From: Eukaryota sp. GEM-RC1
Taxonomy: Eukaryota
Assembly: GCA_040285855.1 (NCBI GenBank)
Contig: JAUFOQ010000004.1
Location: 1,426,001 to 1,490,000, forward strand
Length of the DNA stretch: 64,000 bases
Reading direction: 5' to 3'
The notes beneath the pieces were generated by a model. That model made no database searches. It saw nothing but the letters and a program-made list of their open reading frames with translations, and was not told the DNA's origin. This document shows, piece by piece, positions 56,125 through 64,000 of the stretch. Position numbers and translations under genes: made by a program. The first letter of the stretch is position 1; every line of letters begins with the position of its first letter.

Positions 56125-56862
56125 TAAGGCTGTTAAAAGATATCAGGTCACAGGTCAGGTCAAAGTCTTGATCCTATCTTGACCTGACCTTTGACCCGAT
56201 GGGAGAACTGTTGTGTTTATAGTTGCTGTTCAGTTGTTTGTTATGTTGAACTCCAAAAAAGTAAAGAAATTGCTAAATAAATCATTAGAGCTGTCAACGG
56301 CTTGAGCCGAATGGTTTGGCTTGGAGAAATCCAAACTGGTTCGGCTTTGGCTTGAGCCATTTGAGTAAGCCGAACCAAATTTCGATATGGTTTGGCTCAA
56401 GTCGTTCGGTTTACGGCTTGAGCCGAACCGTTTGACAGCTCTATAAATCATTTTATAAATTATTTTAATAAGTCATTTTCTGAATTAGTATTTATTAATT
56501 TATTGTTGCAAATAAACGCTTAATAAATCTTTAAATTCAAAACCAAATCTTAACCATGCATTCAGACAGACAAGAGCTTGAGCATCGTCAACTTGTAAAC
56601 ATTGTCATTCTCACCACTGGAAGATTGTATAATCCACACATGACAGAATATGTAGCTAGTGTAGAACGTTTTGATACATAATAATAGATCTGTGCTGTCA
56701 GTCCATCATGATTTTGAACTAGAGCACAGACATTGAGCAGAGAAGACCGAATCTGAGCTATCTTGACCTGACCTTTGACCCGATGGAAGGTATCTTGATC
56801 AGACCTGAGACACGACCTGACCCGAGTGCCGATGATCGTATCTTAACTTTTTAACAGCCTTA
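56125..56862. mobile_element. Non-autonomous TIR element (hAT-like), 738 bp
   Basis: Perfect 14-bp TIR TAAGGCTGTTAAAA / TTTTAACAGCCTTA; subterminal GACCTGACC repeats; absent from the paralogous empty site at ~26340 (GATTAAGAATATGC). Confidence 0.85.
56286..56443. mobile_element. Nested hAT-type MITE, 158 bp
   Basis: 12-bp TIR TAGAGCTGTCAA; perfect 8-bp TSD TAAATCAT (56278-56285 and 56444-56451); internal GGCTTGAGCC repeats. Confidence 0.92.
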
Positions 56863-57245
56863 GAATATGCTTTGGTCATAAGAATAAGAACATTTCCGAT
56901 CGTGAAAAACGATCCTGCTTTATTTTGGTTATATACTGATAATTATTGTTTTAGTTGACACCCAGAAACTCAGAATCTGTGGATGGTCTTTATAGCATCA
57001 CAACAATACTGATGAACCAATGTTGTTTCCTTTAGATTACTTTTCTGATAAGTTACAGTGAGTGTGGACTCAAAATCGCACTGTCAACAATAAAAACTGC
57101 TGTTAGTTACCAACAAACACAGAATACAATCACTAGTATGATTCAATACGAACAAAAAATGTAAGAGATGTCAAGAATCTGTATATATCAACAACATGAA
57201 TGATCGATTCATAAAACTTCCATCCAAGACTCTGTTTTTCTGTAA

Positions 57246-60200
57246 ATGACCCACTTCCAAGACTTTGCTCAGCAATGTCTTACATCCATCTCTTCCAAGC
57301 CTTCCAATGAGATTGAAGATGCCCTCAACCTCGTTCTTTCTCCATCAACTCCTCACACCACTAGACAAAACGCACAACTATTTCTGGATCAACTAAAGTC
57401 ATCTTCACCCATAAATTCTCGTTTACAACTCGTCTTCTCCCTTCTCTCTTCCCAATCAAACCAACTTCAATTCTTTTCCTTCTCAATATTACAACATATC
57501 ATTGATCACGAATGGTCCACCATCTCTTCCCAAGAACAAGACTCTCTTATCTCCTTTCTCCTAGGCATCTGTCTTTCCGATACGTATCCTTTAGTCTTCT
57601 TCAAGGCTGCAGATATCTTTGGAAGAGGATGTAGAAAGTTCCTCTTTTCTTCTACAGCTGCAGAACGCTTTCTCTCTCCTTCTCTTGTAGGATTTCAAAC
57701 AGCTTCTGATGAAAAGAGTTTGAAAGTACCTTGTGATATTATTAAAAATGTATTTGAAAATTGTGCTTTGGATGGGACTCGAAAAGAAGTTCGAACAGTC
57801 ATGTCAAATGTCACCATTCATTATGCAGGAATATTCTTTTCTAAAATTCCAGATATTTTAAAATTTCAATCAATTGAAGCAGTTACTGCTGCCACGTCAT
57901 CAATGAATTTTGGTTATAATGTTGTCATTGAACATTCTGATGAACTTTGTCAGTTGTTGTCTTGCTTGTCCTCCCAGTATTCTTTTGAGTTTCAAGATGC
58001 TGTTTTAGATCTATTTTTGGCTTTTGTTGGACGTAAAATTGATGCTCAGTACACCAATCAATTTTGCAAAGTTTTTGATTTTATTTTGAGCCAATCAGAT
58101 TTGATTGTACGAAAAGGGGAACTATCGCGATACGATTTCCATACGAAATTTGTTGATCTAATTATGACGTATCTCAGCAAATTCCATAACCTAATTTCAA
58201 ATAATTCTAATTTAATTCAAAAATTACTAAATTCTCTACTATTATGGAGTCAACATCCTAGTCAAAAGATTTTCTCAATGATTCTACAATCACTGTCTGA
58301 ATTTGAAAGATTTTCTCCTAAAGTTGATGGAGAAAGTGCTCCTTTTTCTGCTTTTGGTGACGTGTCATTTTTGAACTTTTTTATTGACCGGTCAATTATC
58401 ATGATTGGTAAAGTCGGTTATCCTTCTAAGTTGGACGAATCTTCTGACATTGAACCTCATTCAGAGATCAATCAGATTAGATCGTTTATATCACATGATT
58501 TTGACACGATTGACACTTATCATTCGTTCTTGTCGCAATTACGTAGTATTTTCAAAACTTTTTTTAAATATTTACTGAAGTCCAGCAATTATGCCACTGT
58601 ATTTGAGATTCTTTTGTCACTTTATTGTCGTTATCTGACACAAACTTTTGATATTTTACCTAAGAGAAGTCAACCTTTTTCTCTTCATTCTCCATCAATA
58701 ATTCTGTTAGATTCTTCTGTATTCGCACTCGAGTCTTTTTTCAAAATTTTAAATTTTGCCATTGTTGAAAGTTTTGCAAATGAACTCAAGAGTAAATCTG
58801 AAATGTTACTAAATTATTTGTTAAATTTAAAATGCTCAGACTGTTTTCAAATACTATTTATCTCTTCCGTCATTGTGAATCTACTTCCGTTCTTCCTTCA
58901 AGCTGGAGGTGATTCAACCTTCTTTTCAAAAACAATCTCCACCTTCCTTTCTTGGTGCCATTTCACACCCCCCTCATGAAAGAAGCAACTTTCCATCAAA
59001 GAATACGTCATCAACACGCAGAAAAGCAGCTACTTCAATTCTAGAACTGTCTAATAAGTGTCCGAATAAGTTTGCTGACGTCAGTCAGTCAGTTATTGAT
59101 TGTTTAATCAATAATGATTATGGAGCTCCTGAAGACGTAAAACTCTATCTTTATGAATCTTTAGCCGAAGTTTCTAACTCTTTCCCAAACAGAGAAATGG
59201 GGGTCAATTTCATGACCCAGTTATACACTCCAATCATCAATCAGTTTAATAACCTAGTCAATAGCGAATTGACTTCTTCACCAACTAAATTTCTAGAGTT
59301 TTTGAAATAACTAAACCTGAAATTACTACAGCTGGAGTTGCAAATAGGTCTTTATTCTATTGGAACATTGCCTTTATTGCTGTGGCAATTAAGAGAACTT
59401 TAAATTCTGTTAATATATTCAAACAAACTTTTGAGTCAGTTGTCAAATTATTTCTGTTTATCAATTCTCTACTAGATCCACAACACTCATCGATTGTTCC
59501 TCGACAACTTTTTGATCCTGATTCTGACGTGAGCCAAACTGTTTCTGATGAAGTCTTCACAGCTGATTACTTAGTGATTGAAAAGGGATCAGCACCGATC
59601 TCGACTCAATTATCTGCTTTCAAGTTCGTTTTCTACCACGTTAAAGGTTTCTGCATCACTGTTTTCAGTCAGAGTTCTTACAAATATTTCATTTTTGATA
59701 CCAACTTTATTCAAATTTTCAACGAACACTATTTTTCTCTTTTTAAATATCTCCCAGATTCTGATATTCGAGTTTTCCTTCGAAGTTTTGGTGAAGCTCA
59801 AATCTTTGCACTTCCATCATGTTCTAGTCCTCCTTTTGTTTATCAAAATTTAATATGTCCTTTTATTGAAGCAGTCTGTAATAAGCTCAGAATGACTGCG
59901 AGTGAGCTCAATCAGTTAGCCAATCAACCAAAATCAGACACGCTAGGGACAGAAATCACAAAAGAAAAGAATTTCGCTGATTTATCAAAAGAACTTTTTA
60001 ATGTTTTTGGTGCTTTATTTAAAACTGACCAACAATTCGAAGTCATGGAAGCTAGTTACGTCAGCATTAGTTGTCCTTCTTTTGCTGTCAGAGTAATGGA
60101 ATCTATTTGTTCAATTCTTCCCATTATTTCCAATTGGTCCATTTACTAAGTTTTTAAGTATTTTTTCTCGGTTTTTTGTTCCTGCGATGCGCGAACCAAT

Positions 60201-60528
60201 TCTGCAAGAATTCATTGGTTTTAAAATGTTAGAATCTGTTCTTGTTACAATTAAAACATCCCCAATTATTTCAAAAGACATTCCGGGCGAAAGTTTCAGT
60301 TTTATTCGTGATGTTTATGTTGTATTCGCTTATCTTGAGAGCAAATCCTCCTTCTCCACACCTCCTCTACCAGTATCTGTTCCAAATGTTCCAGTTGTAG
60401 CTCATTACCCAAGGATTTTGTTTCAAAAACTAGTTGGTTCAACTGATCAATTAGATCAATACATACGACAGTGTGCGGTGTTTACTGATCAACGAACTGC
60501 ATTTAAACAGTTTCTGGGATTTGAGTGA
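57246..60528 (+). CDS. XPO5: Exportin-5-like karyopherin (three apparent indel errors, ~58970, ~59300, ~60140)
   Basis: Importin-beta-like N-terminus (RQNAQLFLDQLK; QFFSFSILQHIIDHEW); exportin-5-like motifs QHPS, KVGYPSK, DFDTIDTYHSF, RRKAATSILEL; four ORFs join by single-base shifts. Confidence 0.75.
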
Positions 60529-60670
60529 TCCAATTTAAAAAAATCGAGATTTTAAAATGTTAGTATGAATGCTGAAGATTGGTATAGTTTGATTAGTTAG
60601 TTTTTGTTTTTTTGGTCATGTTGTGGATTCACTCAGAGAATTAATTGGAAATAAATTCACAATATTTTAA

Positions 60671-62217
60671 TTATTTGGAATATATTGGGCGGATTGGATG
60701 AGCCTCGGTATTAAACACAAAATCTGTACAAAATTTACGATTTCTCGTAAACAATAAATAAAAATATTTTAAAGTCTCTGCTAGAAACCAAGAGGGTTGC
60801 CAGTCATCAATGTCAAAGTCACCATGATTTAGATTGGACAAACAATGAAATCCTCCACTCTTAGTTTGTAAAGGCAGGAGATGTGACCACATGCGTTCAC
60901 CAATTTTTAAATATTCATCATTTTGAAATAGACACCACCCAAAGTAAACAGATTCAATAACTTCAGGTCTGAGTAAATGTCTGGAATCTGCGGTAGTCCA
61001 GGAAGAATTAGAACGAGAAAACTCTTGTGGATAACTAAACTCTGGGGCTGGGGTGAAATAAATACTTTTGTAGTTTTTAATAAGAGTAGGTTTTTGCAAT
61101 AATTTAGAATTTACAAAATGAACTCCGTCAGGTGCTGGAGAGTTAACACCCAAAGAAGAACAGGTTTTGACTAATTCTTGAGTGACTTTTTTCAAAAATT
61201 CAAGTGTGGTAGAATTTAAAATATTCTCGTTTTCAATTAAGAATCGAGCTAACACTGCTGGGAAAAAACACGATAAATGCTCCATTTTACCACTAAAAGA
61301 CTTGATATCCGCATCGTATTCACCCATAAACATTTCATTACTATCAGAAAACCCAATTAGAAAATTAAAAATATTCGGCAGCATCGACATTGTCATTTTC
61401 GAATAATGCCTACTTCCCTTCAACAAAATTAAATTTTTCATTACATACTCAACATAGCTATCAGACAAGCCATTCAAGGTATAAGCACTTCCAACATTTT
61501 CCCCAACAACTCCAGATAATAAAGTAGGTAACAATCCAGAAACTAAAAGCTCAGACTTAGTCCCATTTTTAACCTTTTCAATCTCAATTACTGTATTAAT
61601 CTTTTCCACTATACTCTGACTAGCTTTCTTAACCCTAACGTCTCCAGTCCTAGCATACAAAGCGTTAAGTTCAAGAGTAAGTGTTCCAAACTCTGACAGC
61701 ACAGCATCTCCTTGAGTCCAAGAATGGAATGAGCCCTGTTGATTACGAAAGTCCCAAGTAGAGTAAGGGAAGAGATTTGGTTGAGAGAGGAAGGCTGGGA
61801 GTAGAGATTCAGCTAGTTTAGCAGCGTAGGAGAGCAGACGTTCGTCGAAGGTTAAGTCGTAAGAGCTTATTAGAGATCCTATGACTCGGATGGTGAACTC
61901 GAAAAGAGAGACAGATTGATGGAGGTAGCGATGGAGATGTTTGGGGAGTTCAGACATGGCGTGGTGGAAGAGGTCGTGGTGATTGAGGAGTAGCATCGTA
62001 TCAAGAGAGTCAATCATAGAGAGAGGTAGGTGGAACATTGATTGAGAGGATTGTTGGACAGGGTTGAGTTCATCGTTAGGGTATGCAACATGAAGGTAAT
62101 GTAGATAAGATTGACGAAAGGCTTGTCTAACCTGTTCTGCTGGAGGAATAGTACAGTATGTAGATGAAAGACACAAACAGATAATAAAGATGAATATGAT
62201 GTGTTTGTAAGGGGCAT
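60671..62217 (-). CDS. Glycoside hydrolase family 47 (class I alpha-1,2-mannosidase)
   Basis: DELNP, SLFEFTIRVIGSLISSY, SEFGTLTLE, DSYVEY, MEHLSCF, LRPEVIES, SWFLAETLKYFYLLF, FNTEAHP; N-terminal hydrophobic stretch. Start uncertain: the ATG at 62217 is in frame only if one G is missing from GGGG at 62211-62214. Confidence 0.92.
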
Positions 62218-62241
62218 TGACAACACCTTTGCCCAAAAGAC
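62211..62241 (+). repeat. 31-bp perfect direct repeat, copy 1 (GGGGCATTGACAACACCTTTGCCCAAAAGAC)
   Basis: Identical to 62960-62990. Confidence 0.97.
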
Positions 62242-62943
62242 CAGTGTTTCAGAAATACGCATACTTCAGCCTAAATACGCCATATTTGAACTTCTAAGTT
62301 AAGTACGTACTTCCCATACTTATCGTACTTCTCTAACCCACCTACATTCTTATGCTCATCATCTCTGTTTCTTCATAGAATCCTGTTGAGCAATACGTTT
62401 CATCTGTTCTGAGTCGTTCATCCACCTCCATTTACACAAGTTCTCCCAATACTCTTCTTAGTTTGGTACCCAGGCGTTCTTTTCAACCGACTTAGCACAA
62501 TGTTAGTCAAGTGGAGTTTATTTCTCACGGTACACACAAAACTTTTGTAAACATCTGCTTCTATAGCACCTCTTATTGAGGGAATTAGCTAACATTGGCA
62601 TCAAACCTACTGATGCACCTCCTGACGTCTGAAAGAAGAGCTTGCTTAACCGTTGAAGAACCTTCTTAAGACAAGTACTGTTCCACATCTTGATTTCTGC
62701 TGAAGACCTTGAACTGATGTGTTTTTTTCAAGATGGTGATAAAGATTTTTATGAGTTCAATAAATGTTCATACAATATTGGTGTTGTTATGACCCCCTAT
62801 CTTGAGAACAAAAGGGGTACAAAAGGGGTCAATCAATGCAGATTAGACTCCAGAACAGGAAAATACGTGAAGTACGTACGAGTACGTATTTACACAGAAG
62901 TACGTACTTAACAAATTTGTACGTACACGAACTCCAAAAACTG
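62242..62943 (+). mobile_element. Degenerate hAT-like deletion derivative
   Basis: Ends CAGTGTTT / AAAAACTG; 16-bp subterminal inverted repeat GTTAAGTACGTACTTC (62298-62313 and 62897-62912); decayed BED-finger-like VWY…AQC*SSG…TQNFCKHLLL*H (62461-62570); ISAEDLELMCFF resembles a hAT C-terminus; no TSD. Confidence 0.6.
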
Positions 62944-62959
62944 TTGATTACAAACTGTT

Positions 62960-62990
62960 GGGGCATTGACAACACCTTTGCCCAAAAGAC
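62960..62990 (+). repeat. 31-bp perfect direct repeat, copy 2
   Basis: Identical to 62211-62241. Confidence 0.97.
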
Positions 62991-63132
62991 TTTGCTGTGG
63001 TTCTCAACTCAAATGGATATTCCCAAAGTACACAACTTTGTTAATTTTCATTTTGATTAGAGTATCGAAACCACAGACACGCAGTGAGCTAAGCCCACTG
63101 CGCTGTGTACCGTTAAAAGTACACTAAAGTTA
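62960..63132 (-). ncRNA. Putative Fanzor omega-RNA (scaffold, with or without guide)
   Basis: Directly 3' of the Fanzor stop codon. Stems: 63105-63110/63119-63124, 63080-63089/63093-63102, long-range 62995-63002/63069-63076, 63024-63029/63035-63040, 62961-62965/62979-62983. Confidence 0.6.
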
Positions 63133-64000
63133 TTAACGAGAGACCTTCTTCTTCTTGACTGACTTTACGCTTCTTCTTTTAGGCGAACTCATTTCTTTTG
63201 GTGGATTCTTGCATGACGTTTTGTTATGACCTTCTTGGCCACAATTTCCACATGTTGGTTTCTTACGAGTCTTTCCTGTTGAAGTTTTCAACTTTCTGGT
63301 CGCAGTCTTCTTCTTCTTCTGGTCTCTCGCCAAAGTATCCTTACCACTCTCGAGATCTGTTGTTTGAGTTTTAGATCTCTCGAGAGCGGATGGCCTACCT
63401 TGACCATTGATCGTTGCTTCAATGATGGAATAGATATTAATGGCAGAATTTAGGTCTCTATTCCAATAAGTACCACAATCAGCATCTGAGCACTTTACCA
63501 GTCCCCAGGGTGTGGATTTAGCTTCTTCTTCCAATGACTTCTGCTTCACCTCCCACTCTGCTTCCAAAATCCCGCTGGTTTAGAGGATCTTGTTTGTTTT
63601 TGAGCAAAATTTCTCTTCTTAACTTTCTCTTCTTCCTTCTTAGCTGTCTCTTACCTTTGGGACCAAGAACCTTTAGTTCTGAAACATTTTCACATTCTAC
63701 GAAAGTTGATTTTTCCTTAGCACATTTGGAACAACACTTGCTTGTTCTGTATTCATCAACAAGAAATATTTGGTATCCATATCTTCTTAACATTTTACGG
63801 ATTTCCGCTCCTCTAACAGTAGACGTTTTACCCTTTCTTGTTTTACCTTTTGAGCTCCAATCCCCATAGCCAATGACGACGTCTTCTGGAGGTCCATATA
63901 TTAAATTGAAGCGTTCTAGCATGTTTTTCTCCGAACGTTGGTTATTAGAATAAATTTGGAATTTCCTCTTTCTAAACCAGTCATCTTCGTAGAAAGAACT
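63133..64000 (-). CDS. Fanzor1 (eukaryotic TnpB-like RNA-guided endonuclease), 3' part; 5' end outside the window
   Basis: Frame open from 64000: FYEDDWFRKRKFQIYSNNQRSEKNML…VVIGYGDWS…LVDEYRTSKCCSKC…WGLVKCSDADCGTYWNRDLNSAINI. This gives the relocated RuvC-II E, the Cys4 zinc finger and the RuvC-III D. One frameshift near 63565. Confidence 0.9.

Larger units (their letters stand above)
35477..57212. repeat. Segmental duplication unit 2, paralogous to 6245-26692
   Basis: Colinear similarity that ends ~30 bp before the exportin ATG. Confidence 0.9.

Noticed and set aside
62211..62990. CRISPR-like array from the 31-bp repeats
   Set aside because: Only two copies, separated by 718 bp of transposon-like DNA

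Overview
AT-rich, apparently intron-poor eukaryotic (protist-like) DNA in the standard code. It carries many single-base indels that look like long-read errors, because the housekeeping exportin gene has them too. About 45 kb is a head-to-tail array of giant minus-strand surface-protein genes: two apparently complete copies of ~19-19.6 kb (~6,400-6,550 aa once frameshifts are bridged; copy A 6531-25689, copy B 35808-55453) and a 5'-truncated third copy (C) running off the left edge. Architecture: signal peptide; two 'slots' in a beta-helix-like scaffold, each holding a 7-blade RCC1/BLIP-II-like propeller or a LamG/ConA-like domain; four ~1.52-kb modules; a long Ser/Phe/Asn-rich stalk; IPT/TIG-like and Cys-rich domains; a multi-pass membrane C-terminus. 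The four RCC1 propellers have short hypervariable blocks at equivalent positions within a conserved framework, suggesting a diversified receptor/adhesin repertoire. Between copies lie MULE and hAT transposon debris. The right end has exportin-5, a GH47 alpha-1,2-mannosidase and the 3' part of a Fanzor1 (eukaryotic TnpB-like) gene with a C-terminal CCHC knuckle. A structured putative omega-RNA follows it, and its last 31 nt are duplicated exactly over the 5' end of the mannosidase gene. All calls are from reading the sequence by eye; no searches were run.
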